From NCBI RefSeq assembly GCF_009914755.1, contig NC_060939.1: a stretch of DNA of 64,000 nt; one strand, written 5' to 3'. How positions within the stretch are numbered: the first letter of the stretch is position 1; every line of letters starts with the position of its first letter. Below the pieces are notes generated by a model that had not been told where the DNA came from, made no database searches, and saw only the letters and a list, made by a program, of their open reading frames with translations. Positions 40,319-53,669 of the stretch are shown here, one piece after another. This stretch comes from the human T2T-CHM13v2.0 reference genome, Homo sapiens. The position numbers and the translations under genes were made by a program.

Positions 40319-43300
40319 TTTTTTTTTTTTTTTTTTTTTAACAGCAACTGCACAGTAATGAAGAATACCATGACTGCTGGTACAGCTTGGCATTACCGTC
40401 CTGCTTCCTGCTAAGGTGCCAGCAGTTTTACCCACCAATGCTTTGCACCATTAATACAAATGGTCACCGTAGTAAAAAGGGGAAACAATGCCTCAGTATT
40501 GTTATGGAACTGGTTTTTATCTCTTGGAGCTTCTGAGAGGGCCTTGGGGCCCCGCAGGGGGTCCCTGGATCACACATTGAAGACCACTACTGTAGAGGAT
40601 AGTATCTATAAATCCAAACGCTCTCTAATCTGCTAAATGCTTATGTCCTTGTGGGGTTCACGTAAAGAAGATTTAAAAGGTTTATTTCTGTCTCCACTCT
40701 CCTGCCCTTCCTGCTTAAAAAAAAAATTCCATTGTGGTAGTTCAACATAAACTGTGTGTATAGAACAAAGAAATTACAGTACTGTTGATTTCATCAGCAT
40801 TTTCTCCTAACAAAGAAAACTAGCTATTCTAACATGCTATTGAGAAAACTATTGAACTACCATGAGTTATAGGAAATATGACATGCTCAGTGCCCCCTCC
40901 ATCTCACCTAAGTCCCAACTCTTTCCCAAACCTTTCACTTTGGGGGTATTTTGGATGAGCTCTTAGTAGTGTCCTCAGAAATAATTGGTTGTCCTAATTC
41001 AGCCCCATGCAAATTAATGCTCCCCTAAAGAGGCCTTATTATAATTTTCAACCCTTGATGTCTACATAATCCCCTATAGTTCTTTAACTTCTTGCTTTCT
41101 AACTTCTGTTTACCGATGCACTACTTTTGTCAGCTCAGTATAGCATCAATTAGTAACACAGTTGTGTTTATTAGGTCTCCCTAGAGCCTTGAGAAAGCTG
41201 CTTTGTATTTATTAATGACTACACAGAGCACTACTATTTTTCAATAGCACTTAAAAATGAGTAAATTACTGAAGATGAACTATAAAAGAACTTTAAATTT
41301 CAAAGGCAAGCAAAAAAAAAAGCACATTATTTAAAACCACTCATAATACTTGCATGGTTAATTTTATTTTCAATGTAATATCAAGAGAGAGGGAAGAAAG
41401 TCAAACCCAGACTCTTCTTCCTGTTCTACTTTTGGCATTTTGGAGTACACATGATTTGAGTTAGAGAACTGAAGCATAGATCTGGTGATTAATTAAGAGC
41501 TGGTTTAACAGGTCTAAATTTCATTATGTCACACACCTGTTAAGTAATGCACACCTGATTCAGCAGACATCCACCCACAAGGTTAATCTCAAAAAATTAA
41601 GCAATCAACAGGAAAGAAAAAAGAGGCATACTGCACTAACTTAGGTCCAGTTTTATGTTCTCAAGCATAATTCCAATCCACCAATTTGAAATGTATCCAC
41701 TTTGTTTTCTCTTATTTTGTGAATAATTCCCTGTACTACATTAGGTGAAGTTAGAGTTGCCCACACTGGTATAGAATTCACTACTCAAGGAAACCAGAGA
41801 GACCAATCGCTCCTGTGATGAATCTTTCCGAACCAAACTTAAAGTGATGCCAGCAATTATGGCGTTCATTTGCCCTGCTTTTATATTCCTGGTCATTTAT
41901 GAAATGAAGACGCTGATCTGCAAAAATCACTATGCATTCATGAAAGGAGCTCTGGGAGCTCCCCCTGAGGATCTGGCTATGAGGCAGAAACATACCTCAG
42001 TGCACTTCCTTTGTCTTGTGCTCCCTCTTTGATGTGCAAGTCACTGGTGGAGTAAGCTGTGATCGCTTTGATGTTGAACTTCTAGACTTTATTGTTACTA
42101 GCATGCCTACAAAGAGAGCTGTCAGTCATTTCTTACATCTGAACAACCATGTTTCTTTACAGCGCCTCTTTTACAAGCATCAATCCTTAAATACATGTTT
42201 TCACATTCCTGCTGATTACCACACTATCTTTGTTGGGGGAGGGCTGTGCTCAAATATAACTACAGCACCCACATTTTCTGTAAACACCCTGAGGCATCTT
42301 CAGATGGCTGGTAACCAACCTTCTTCAACAAGAGAAGCCCCAGTGCAAAACATATTTCTAGCAAACGAAAACATTCTGAGAACACTCGATCCATCTTAAC
42401 AGTCGAAATGAGCAGTTTAGCCAATATTTCCCCTAAGCAGCCACTGAAATTGCATAGAAACTTCCAGGCCACTTCAAAAGGGATTCTGAACGTAACAGCA
42501 GCAGGGGGCTTAGAAAGACTGCCAAAACCCTGAGACATCTTAACTCATCTTAAACAACTTTGTTTCTCTGCAATAGTGGAAACAAAATGCTTCTGTTTTA
42601 CGAGATTTTGCTTGTGGTAGAAACATTGCTTTTGAAATGGATTTCTATCAAACCAATTGTTTTGTTAAACAATATCATTTTCAAAAGTTGCTTGATGTTA
42701 CGGATGCAACTTAAGAGGAGGAGGATTTTTCATAATCTTGTGTCTAGGGCAAACGTGGCTGTGAATGCAATGGAGGTACAATTTCTTAGATATATACAAA
42801 ATAGGCGGTATGCAAATCTTTAAAGATCTCTGTTGAAAAAGATATGGCTCTAATTTCATTTACCAGCTCCCATCAGATTTTCTTTTCAAACTCCTTTATC
42901 GCTTCTGAAACTGCTGAATATTATCAAACCCCACTGGGAAATTCCACACAAGGAAATAAACTTAAGGTGCTTACATCACACCATGCTGGTTTATAATGAA
43001 CTGCTGTCTTTTTGAATAAATGTTTCAATGAAATCCAAGTTTTTAAAGATGCCAGGTCTCAAATTAGGAAGTTAAATGATATTTTTTCATGCTGGAGCTT
43101 AGTTCTGTTTTTCTTTTTTATAAAATAAGATGGCATCACAAGAGATACATTGTTTCTGCTTGCTAATAAACTGCAGACGATACATTGGGAGAGACTCAAT
43201 TTCTTTGGGTTCCTGGCTTGGAATATTTGGTAAAGAATAAAATTACTGTGGTACGCAATGGTTAAGGCTACTCCATGGTTTCCATTTTTAAACAACTGCC

Positions 43301-45136
43301 CCCGCCCCTTGGTTTTAAATCAACCATCAAAAACGGAAAAAGCTTTAGGCTACAATTTGATAAATAAGGTATGACTGTAATTTACTAGAACTAAATCTGG
43401 GCATATTTATTATTAATATTAATGAAAACTTGCTTGTTCTTAAATTTATTTAAATAGCATAAAGTAATTACCTCTTTCTGTCTTAAATTTTCACTTCCAA
43501 AAGGAACTGATTAGCTGATAGAAGGACCTATAGCAATTAAGGGTAGAGACAGGGAATAAGGAAAGTAGGAGGCATTTGTTTGCCTCTCCCAAGTCTCAAA
43601 CAAGAAACTAGAGCATGTTTCTGTTTTAATAGAAACACTTTCATAGAACGGTAGAGATGGAAAAGATCTTGGTGACTACCAAGTCCAACCCTTTAACTTT
43701 AAAAACAGGGAAAGTGAACAACTGAGGTTTAACCTGACAATTATTGCATCGCAGATCTGGGACAATAACCCATATCTTCATCTTCCCCCACCCTATGTAG
43801 GGGGGTTTCCACTACTCAACATTGTTTTGCTACACTGCGGACAGGGTGACTCATGTACAAAGTGAGGGTGTTGGGCTTCAGAGGTTTCTCAACCAGAATT
43901 ATCTGAGTTATCTTTAAAAATGTAGCAATACTTGAGCTCTACACCTTGGGACCAGTAAAATCAGAAATCTGTAAGAGCACAGCCTGGGCTTATATATCTT
44001 TTAAAAACTCTTTAGATAGATTAATACGCAGACCAGGTTGGGAGCAGATGACCTGTGAGGTCTATTGCAAAATGTTCACCATCAGTTGGGAAAATTTTTT
44101 GATTCAGTTCCCTGATGTTGACCCATGAGGCCATAAGCATTTCTAAACCATTATACTGTTTTTACATTGGCCTAGCTGTTGTTATTATCTGCATTTATCT
44201 AGTTCATTGATATGTTTACTTAAGTATTACCTACCTCTCCCACCAGAATGTACACTCACAGAGACCAGAGACTGACATGATCACTGCTGTCCCCTCGGCC
44301 GCCAGCATCACATCTGCCACAATAATGAGATAGATACTACACCAGCATTTTCAAAAGAAAAAGGGGGCTGGTGTCGCAGTGTGGAAGCAGGCAGGTAGTC
44401 CTTCTCCACACCAGCCAGAGGAAGTCTACTTTCATCTATCCCACCAGACTAGAATCTAAGCTGCACGAAGGCAGCATTTGGTCTCCCCTGTTTGGATGTC
44501 ACCTCCAGAGCCTGGACACTGGCAGATACACACCAGATGCTCAGTGCCTGAGAAAGGCCATGTGCTAAACAGGAAGCACTGATCAGCTTCCAGGGCACTG
44601 AAACCTTTACTTTGTCGCTGAATAAAGCAACCTTGAAAAGACATCACTGTTTCCACTGAGTTGGCCTTGACTTCTGCAGTAAGACTCTTAGCCTGCTCCT
44701 GCTAAGTGGTCACAGTATTGGCAAGACCCAGCCCAGGCACACAGTGAAGGCTAAAATACATTGTGTCTATGTCACATGCAGAGGCTGGGGCTTCTGGACA
44801 AGGCTTTATGACGAAAAGGAGTACAGTATTTGAAAAGTCTCACAGCAGCCTCCAGCACCAAAACAGCCTCAGGGTTCTCTCCTGTTTGGGCCACTTGGGG
44901 TAAGAGATTTGAGGGAACAGTCTGCCCACTTGCTTCTGCATGCTGGTTGATAGCAAGGCCAAAGTTAACAGAAAAATATTTCAAGTGTGTTAATAACAAT
45001 GCCAGAAATTGCTCACATCTGGCACCTCTTCCATGCTGAAGGGAGTGAACTAAAGAGAAGTGAATGGTTACCTTAATATAATTTACCTTTCTGAGATTCC
45101 CTTTCCTCGTGAGTAAGAGGAAAGGGTTAGCCCCGA

Positions 45137-45548
45137 GCAGTGGTTCCCAAACCTGTCTTATCCTCACAAGAGGATCTTTTACAAAAGAAGATTCCTTGGC
45201 CTCCCCTCCTAGGCTTTTGGAAGCAGGATCTGTGCAGGTGTTGCTGGAGAAAGGCATTTATTTTTTAAATGCTTCCCAGATGACTGTGAAGATCAATGAC
45301 ATTTGGGAACCACTAGAGGACTGGAGGACTCTGCGGTCCACCTGGCTCTGACAGGCTAGAACAGAGAGCTTCACAAAGTGAGGCCTAAGGACCAGTTGCA
45401 TCAGAAACATCTGAGATGCTGTGTAAATACATGCCTTCGTGGGCCTCACCCCAGACTGACAGAATCAAACTCTGTGTGAGACCCAGGGATCCGCCTTCTT
45501 AAGACTCTCTGGAGTATGGGTTCTACTCTACAGTTTCAGAACCACTGT
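45137..45548. mobile_element. Two adjacent MER5-family hAT MITEs
   Basis: cagtggttcccaaacc...tttgggaaccactag (about 45137-45315) and agcttcacaaagtg...cagtttcagaaccactg (about 45362-45547). Confidence 0.7.
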
Positions 45549-47223
45549 TTCAGGCAGGATTTTAGAGCTAACTTATGGCTTATGTGGAAGCAAATCATGT
45601 TCATCCATAAGTATAGGGTTTGACTTTATCCAGTTACATTAACATTTCATTGCATTGTTTGGCATGTCACAGAAATCTCCTTTGTTTTAAATGGCATGTA
45701 GCTTATAGCAAATGCAAATGTGTAAGTCCAACAGCCATAAAGCAGCCTTCTCTGACTAAGTGTGGCTGCCAACTTCTCAGTGCATTTTTTAAATGCTGAT
45801 TCATGGCTTAAGACACTTGATTGGGAGGAAGGTGTCTCAGCTCCTATTATAAAAGCACAAAGGTGGTACCTGAATTACCTAGCACACAATAGGCACTTAA
45901 GTATTTGCTGAAACAAATTTATTTACTTATTTTCACCCACTGTTCTACAGAAGATTTGAAGTGAGATGAACAAATAAAAAGAAGGAGAAAAAAAACCTTT
46001 CCAACAACCGAAAAATGAAAATAACATTCTGTGAAAAAGAGAATACTTCTCATGTGGTGAAAAAAAATCACACTTCTGGGTGGCGCAGTTTGTAAAACGG
46101 TTGGCTTCAATAACTGATCTGAAACTTAACCACAAGTCTTCACTTCTGAACCACTGCCTTATTTCTATGATAGAAAGGTTTAAACAGCAGTTTTTCCTTG
46201 CTTTTTATTTTTTTTCTTCTTTTTCATGAAACGCTGCAATTTCATCTTTCTAATAGGAACACGTAAGCACTATTATCCTTTACAAGCCTGGTGATTATTT
46301 GTCATTATTATTACCCTGGTTATTCTAGCTCAGATCAGCTTTGACTTCTTCAGCAATGCAAAATTCATATAAACGTGCATTCTTATACCTCTGTGTAGCA
46401 CCAGGAACAAATAACATTTAAGCAAATAGGAAGATCTATATTCATTCCTCAGATTCCGACACAGAAATCAGATTGTTTTACCATTGTTTCACACTTGTTA
46501 TAACACCAAAATCCAAATCCACAATCCACTTGTATTATCTATTTATCCTAAAAAATATGCAAATGAATGCTTGTCGCTACCTCATGCAGAGTTTCTGACA
46601 TATCCTCTATCTTATTTTTTAGGCAAACTGTATATACTTAAGTGAACCAAATGATCTAACCATAAATCTTCAGAAACCAAGGGGTTAATAGTTTTTTTCA
46701 TCCATGTTTAAAATTGTTTTATTACCCCCCAAAAGCTACTGTAGTTTACTTTTTTACTAAATGTTTATCATTTTTGAAAAAGAAAAGCTCTAGATTTAAA
46801 AAGGGGAAACGCTGAATTTAGCTCATCAAATGACGACCTCTTTTTAAAAGATATTCAAGGGTTGGGAATTAGAATGGAGTTTGAAACTTAAAAAAATACG
46901 AGGATTACTAAAAATGTCATAACAATTGTTGACTCACAAACCAAATTTCACTTAAATTTAATATTGAGCCAAACAGCAAATAAATCAGCTTTAAGTTAAA
47001 AATTTTTTTTCCTTTACTTCCTGCCAAGCAAACTTTTAAAATTCAGTATCCCTTCCACAGTTACATTTCTGATAACCATGAAGAACAACGAGTTAAACTT
47101 TTGAATCTGGAATAGAAATGTCTCATTCCAATTAAGAAAATAACTACAACCTTTGACCTTCCCACTAGCCTGATGGGAAATTCACTGGCACCATTATGGG
47201 TTTAGCCGTCCATGTGCAAGTAA

Positions 47224-47238
47224 CCACTAGAGGGCAGC
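47224..47238 (+). promoter_or_regulatory. CTCF core motif
   Basis: CCACTAGAGGGCAGC fits the CTCF core consensus CCASYAGRKGGCRS exactly and lies in non-repeat sequence. Confidence 0.7.
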
Positions 47239-49699
47239 CTTATCTCATATCTGACATGCGGCAGAAAAATACCTGAAATGCTTCTAATGTTCCTTTAATT
47301 ATTTTTGTAGTATCTTTGATTTTCCTGGATACTTAATAATCAACTTCAAATGGAACTAAAAGTATTCCTAAACAGTTCAAAAGTCCACTTTCACAAACAA
47401 TGATATCACAAAGACTGGTGGTGAGAGGTGCTAGAGATACAGCTAGCTGATGTTATCTTTAAAATTTTAAAACAAAAGTTTTTCATCTTTAAGTCATGGC
47501 TGCCTCTTTACTATGTGCTGGGTTAAGTGCCAAGTCAATTATATCACAACTGGCACTTGGGGTCCATCTTTGGCATTAAAATTTCAAGTGGTTCTAGGCA
47601 AACTGAAGTGTGTTTGAGGAAGAAACTGACCAAGATTGTGGGAAGGCAGAACCACACTTACAGCAAAAAGGACTGGAGAGGGACAGCAGATATTACGTAT
47701 TAGAGGGGTGTGTGTGTGTGTGTGCGTGTGCATGTGTGTGTTACAGTACTAGTCTTCAAATGACTTACAGTCTTTCATTTGAAAGATGGATTAAATGTGT
47801 TCTGCACAGCCCCAAAGGAAAGGATCAGAATTAAGGGATTAAAAGTACAAAGGAGAGAGTTATGCTTGATATAAAAAGACTTTTCTAATTCAAGATGGAG
47901 TAACCTACCTTTAAAGATAGTGAGTTCCCCATCGTTGGAGGTGTTCCAGCATAACCAGATAACTACTTGGCAGAAATATTGTGGGCAGGGTCCAAATCCC
48001 AGTGAGACATTCATCTGAGTGACTTTAAAGGTTTCGTCTGAGACTGAAATAATCCTTATTTGCTTTCAGACAAACACACCTTAATCCAGCAGTCATTAAG
48101 GCCATTCCCCACTAAGTGAGAAATGAGATTTTTCAGATCTACTTGAAAACTTTTAGACTTCACGTGATTTTCTAAAAGACAAACGATTTCTCAAGAATAG
48201 ATCTACAATCATGCCCCTAAGCTGTCATGAAAACAAACACGACAGCACTCACAAGCACGAGAATTCGTAAGCTTTATACTACACAAAGTCATATTAAAAT
48301 TAGAAGATGCATTTGTGAATGTTCCCTTTGCCTAAGGATAAGTGGAACATATAGATATATCTCTCAATTCTATCATAATGGCGATTGGTTACACAGGTTA
48401 GCTGTACTTCATGGTATTCTGTATTCTTGGGGAAAATAATGCTTATATTTCACTCATATCCTCTTAAAACAAGCAGACTTAATGAAAATCATGGTTGAAG
48501 AGAGCTAATGATAAGCAAATAAGAATAACCCCATTTGTACCAAACTGATTTTATTAAATAGTAATTTAAAGATATTAGGCTCAGCAAAGCATTACATAAT
48601 TGGATCTATTTTTTTCCCATATAAATGCCAGAGTTATAATTTCCACTAACTAGAGACAAAGTTATATCCAGGACGTTTTTCACAGCTTCCTCCAGGGGAG
48701 GCATGAAGATAGAAATTAGGGTTGTAGTTCTTGTTTCACGTTATCAGATGGAAAAGCTAGGCTATAACGCAACCTCTGTGAGCCTCAGTTTCTTCATCAG
48801 TCACTGATGGGACTATCAGTGACTCTCTATGGAGGATTAAATGATGTAAGAGTGTTTGTAAACCATAAAGCACAAAATAAATATAGATTAGCATCATCTC
48901 CCTATTTGTTTATGAAATGCCTAGTAAACTTCAGAAGCAGTAACATTTTAAAAAATGAAATAACTGGAAAACCTAGGGAATAATCTTGACATTATTTTTT
49001 ATACCCACAGGAGCAAAGATTTTTAAAGTTATCGTATTATCTCCTGAAAATATGATGAGGGCTAACAAATTTCATTCCAAAAAGAAAATCCAGAAACAAA
49101 AGATTTCAGCTGCTTCCTTGCATTTTGCCCATTGGATAGTATATGCTATTATCCATCTATTTAGACCTCCTATCTCTTGACAATTAACAGAAAAATCATG
49201 TTCTATCATGTCACACAAAATACTGACGGATAGAAAAAGCTCTGACTACGACTCTCTCAGTTCATGAATCAAAAGGTTGGGATGGAAGGGAGTTATCTTC
49301 AGTAGAATAGCTAGATGGGGGAGACAGAACTTGTAAATCATTCCTCAGAGGGTCTGTATGTGGTCTTTGAGATACTATCAAATGTCAATTCACACCTGAC
49401 TTGTCACTGGTGGATGGCTCCAAAAAAACTGTTTTTTAAGTAGAGAAACATAAAAGTGGTGTAGCTGCTGACTCTGAGTGTCTAATTATGGCTTTAAAAT
49501 TATTAAATATGAAATACATAAAGGCAGCCTTGATTTCTTACTAATAAGTGCTGTAAATAGTAAAAATGAATGCAGAAAACATTTCCATGACAGAGTATTC
49601 TTAGGAAATTTGTTCCACATAAGGGGTTTTGTTGATCCCTATAATAATTTAAGAGATTTTTAAGAAAACTGAACCCTACATCTACCTCTGCAAATCTAT

Positions 49700-49733
49700 T
49701 CATCCATCCATCCATCCATCCATCCATCCATCC
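49700..49733. repeat. (CATC)n microsatellite
   Basis: Tandem catc units. Confidence 0.9.
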
Positions 49734-51407
49734 AGTAACTTTTCTCCAGTAAGTGGCCATTTATAAATATTATTTTCCTAGATACCCCAGAGCAAATAAG
49801 AAAGTGGTTGGGTGCTATTGTAGGTGCTTTGCAATTATCACCTTGCTGATCTCATCCACTTTTATTGTGTCTCACTTGAGTGGGAGGGAAAGATAGGAGA
49901 AAAAGGAGACTAATGAGAATTATTAATATATTTACAAGTGTATCTACTACATATTAAAGAGCTAAGGTTTAGATGACATACTGTATATTTCTAAATGACT
50001 ATTTCTGTTTAGAAATTACATTATTTCATGACTGGGCAGCATTAAATAAATTATATGGTTCTCAATTCAAATCGTGGGCAAAAGGGTTTACTTGTGCATG
50101 CTGCTGCTTTGTATCTCAAGTAACGTGATTGAAATATATAAAATCAAGAGGCTGCCCATGAAAATGGTGCTTTTAAAATACTCTCTACTTCATGGAGGGT
50201 CCAGGCTTCTCCCTCCTCCCATGGACAAATGGATTCAGAAATCCTCTTTGTCTTTAAAAGAACTGATCCCTTCTTGCCAGATAAGCATTCTGCTCAGTAG
50301 TGGCAACCATTTGGGTTTTCTCTTTTCAAGATCCAGCCATCACCTTCTCCCAATCCTTCCCATCACAAGTAACAAAAATGGTACAAAAATCCCAGTGAAG
50401 GGATACCAGGCAATGGGTCCTTACAGTGAGATCAGAGATCGAATTCTAATTTCATTTCGTAGAAAGAAAGGCCAAGTTCTTCAAAACTACAGAATCGTAT
50501 TTATTACAGTTGGACATACTACCAACACATACAGTATTTTCAAAGTGGTGAGGAGTCTTGCATTTGCACATGAATCAGGCCGGACGAAGAATCTACGGGC
50601 CAGAAATTCCCTTTAAGCCTCCCTGTGCTCTTATAACTCCATTTGCACAAACACAGGCTGAGCACTCATATGAAGCAAAGGGGTATATCATCTACTGAAA
50701 CTGATGAACGTCTTACATTTCCTTTCAGTACTCCGCTGCCGCGTGACATCTGGCCAATGCACTTTTATGATGAGCAGAACAAGTGCTCCCCCGATTATAA
50801 ATGTTATAGCTGGCTCTCTCCCTTTGCCCAAGAAGCAATCCAAATGGTATTGGAATTTTGTTGTTAATTAAACAAAAGCAAAATTGAAGGATGAGACTAG
50901 AGTTACTCAAATGAAGATTTATTACATTTGAGCATGAAACTAAGCCTAAACTTATTTGACAACTAATGCAGAGGAAGGATTTTCTTCTTTGGTGAGTTCA
51001 AAGGGCCTGATTTACTGATGTTTAAAAAACATCAGTAAATCAGCCAACAAAGAGAATCTTTCTTTTATGGTGGCTTGTTCTCTCCTCCCTTGTCCACATG
51101 CATCCACATACCAAAAAGCTATATTGTAAACAGTATTTCTGTTTTGCACGAAAAATCTAGTTATACAAACTGTCTTACACATGGAACCAATTTAACTATT
51201 AAAACTGAGAAGCAATAGGGAAGTATTTAATAAGATTCTAAGCCAGTTTTTTCCTCTAAATCTGATATGGAAACATTTACAGCATTCCTCACTTCCCCAC
51301 AAACTATTTTCTCTTTCAGCTTAAGTTTGCACCAAAGCAAGATAATCCCATTAAAATTCAGGATATTATGATATTGGGAGTGAAATATTCTAATTGTTCA
51401 GATGCAT

Positions 51408-51452
51408 TCTCTCTCCCTCTTCCTCTATCTCTCTCTCTCTCTCTCTCTCTCT
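51408..51452. repeat. (CT)n polypyrimidine microsatellite
   Basis: CT-rich run. Confidence 0.9.
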
Positions 51453-53534
51453 TTCAGGCAGCTGAGTTTATAGAAAAATTGCATTGCCAGTACTTCTGAG
51501 GCACTTTTTTCAAAGCACAATACTATGAAACTATTATTTTATGGCAGACAGAGGTCACTCCAAGTGTGGGGGTAGCGTGTGTGATTCTTATTATTCTATT
51601 AGCAAGGGACAGTATGGAACTTCACTTTGTAGAATTACAAAAGCAAAAGCCTATGTACTAGGAAACATCAACTTTAAATCAAAATATTAAAACGTACTTT
51701 CCTTTTTTTTGGTGGGTCGTTACTGTTCATTAGGGGAGAAAGCAGTTTAAAATGTCTCAGCCTCTCGCCTTTCCTCCAATCAACACAAAGTATATTAGAC
51801 AAAGTGGATAAAGACTGGCATTGACATCTTCCAAATAGCAAAATCAATTTTATAATTTAAAGACAAAAAATGCTTTAACTGCAGAGGGCATTTAAGACGT
51901 TTCACACTTACAGGGCTAATGAAATGCAGGACTAGCATAAAAGTTTTTTGGGGGGGTGGGGGAGAATAGATTTTTTAACATAAGAAGTCGATAAGAAATC
52001 TTAATAATTTTTCCTCCCAAATAATTTTAAGTGCTTAAGAGCGCGGATCACGGGAGGTTTCCTCTCTTTTACTTATATGAATTACATATTCTAAAAATGA
52101 TTAAATCCCATTCCCCTCAAGCCACAGGGGAAAAGAGAAAATTTGCTGTGGGCACATTATATAGAAAGATTTCATCTCAAGCAGCTCATCTTAACGTCCA
52201 GTACGTTTCGGCCTGTTAATAATTAATAAAAGAGATGCCACCCAATCTCTAGTGAAGAAAGGCAAAGCTCGGTGATCCGAAAGTAAACCCAGCGCAGATA
52301 CCGAACTGGTGTCCTTCATTCCAGATTGCAACACAACCCCAAACTAGCAAACGTTTAACAGGCGCTTGGCACCCGCACCGGTGGCTAGGACCCGCAGGAC
52401 AGTCTGGGTCTGCACAATTGCTGCGCATTAGGGAAGCCGCGTCCGCCGCAAACAGATGGGGCTCTAAATCCCCAAGCCTGGCGGCCGGGCCTGCGAAGCA
52501 GCTCGGGCAGATTATCCACGGCGAGGAACCTGCGGGCGCACAAGCGGGCGGCGGGCGGCGGGCGGCGTGCTGCGGGCTGAGTTTCTCCGGAGCTGTTTGC
52601 AACCGTCCCAAGAGCGAGTCTCGGTTTCTCCGGCAGCACGGGCGACTTCCTGAACACCTCCAAACTTTAGCTTTCCCATCAGAAAGTTCCCTGACTTGCC
52701 ACGGTTTCTCTCCTTCTCACCTGAGAGGACCTAGAGCCAGTCCTCCCTCCAACCAAATCCCCCTCCCCTCCCGCCCCCGGCCCGGCTACGGAGTCCTGAT
52801 GAGGGCGGAAGGCCGGGCCGCCCGGCAGGATTGGCCGCGACTAACCCGCGCCCGTCGGCCCTCACCACGGTCTAACCTCCGCCCCTGCCCGCGGATCCCG
52901 TGGGCTGCCGAGTTCCTCCCCACCTCCATCCACCAGCCAAAGTGTCAAGCGGGGTGCGCCGCGGCTCCCTGGGCCGCCCAGAGCGTCTTGGCACGCTCGA
53001 GGCGCCCGTCTCGCTCCGGCCCGCGCGCTTTCGGAAGTGGCCGCGGCGGGACACAGCGCGGGACACAGCGCGGACCTGCGGCACTTGCCCGGCCGGCGGC
53101 CGCTGAGGCGCTCGGGGACGCAGGGGCAGGGCGCAAGGCCTGGGGCGCTGACCAGTCCCCGGGGATGACATCGCGACAACGCGCACGCACGGCCCTGCCC
53201 GGCCGCGGCGCCTCCCCGACCTAGGCCGGAGCTGTCCCGGGTGCGGGCCCTGGGGACCGGCCGCGGGCGTCCCCGGCTTCCTCTGAACTCCGCAGACCCT
53301 CCCCTTCCTTTCCGAAGCGCGGCGACTCCCGGCAAACTTTCTTTTGGGAGACCCGCCCGGTGCCAAGCGGACCCAAGAGACTGACAGGAGCCGGAGGGGG
53401 CAGCAGAGGGGGATCCACCCCGTGCGCCTTTGCCCCCCAATCGGAGGCAGGCCGATCCCGTGGCCGGGCTCAGGTGGCGCCGCGGCGGTGGCCCAGAAGG
53501 CCCTGGCAGGGCCCCCGCGCCGAGCCCCGGGCAG

Positions 53535-53541
53535 TACGTGC
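53535..53541 (+). promoter_or_regulatory. Hypoxia response element core (TACGTGC) about 100 bp into alpha4 intron 1
   Basis: Exact RCGTG/TACGTG HIF core within the CpG island. RORalpha4 is known to be hypoxia-inducible; that this is the functional site is inference. Confidence 0.55.
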
Positions 53542-53638
53542 GTTCGGGCAGGCGCGCCCACCCCTCCCCCTGCGCGCCCTCCTCCCCGCCCCCCGGAGCC
53601 GCCAGCCCACCCGGCCCCGGCGGGGCGCCCGGGCTCAC

Positions 53639-53669
53639 CTTTCATCGCTGCGATCACAAAATACATCAT
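53639..53669 (-). CDS. RORA: RORalpha4 isoform-specific first coding exon (MMYFVIAAMK plus phase-1 G)
   Basis: The minus strand reads ATG ATG TAT TTT GTG ATC GCA GCG ATG AAA G followed by the donor GTGAGC (53638-53633). The peptide matches the RORalpha4 N-terminus MMYFVIAAMK-AQIEIIPC as I recall it, and it lies inside a CpG island. Confidence 0.95.

Noticed and set aside
50074-50616. 180-aa plus-strand ORF
   Set aside because: It starts at GTG, is antisense to RORA, has no recognisable domain and has the composition of random AT-rich sequence. PhyloCSF or Ribo-seq support would be needed.
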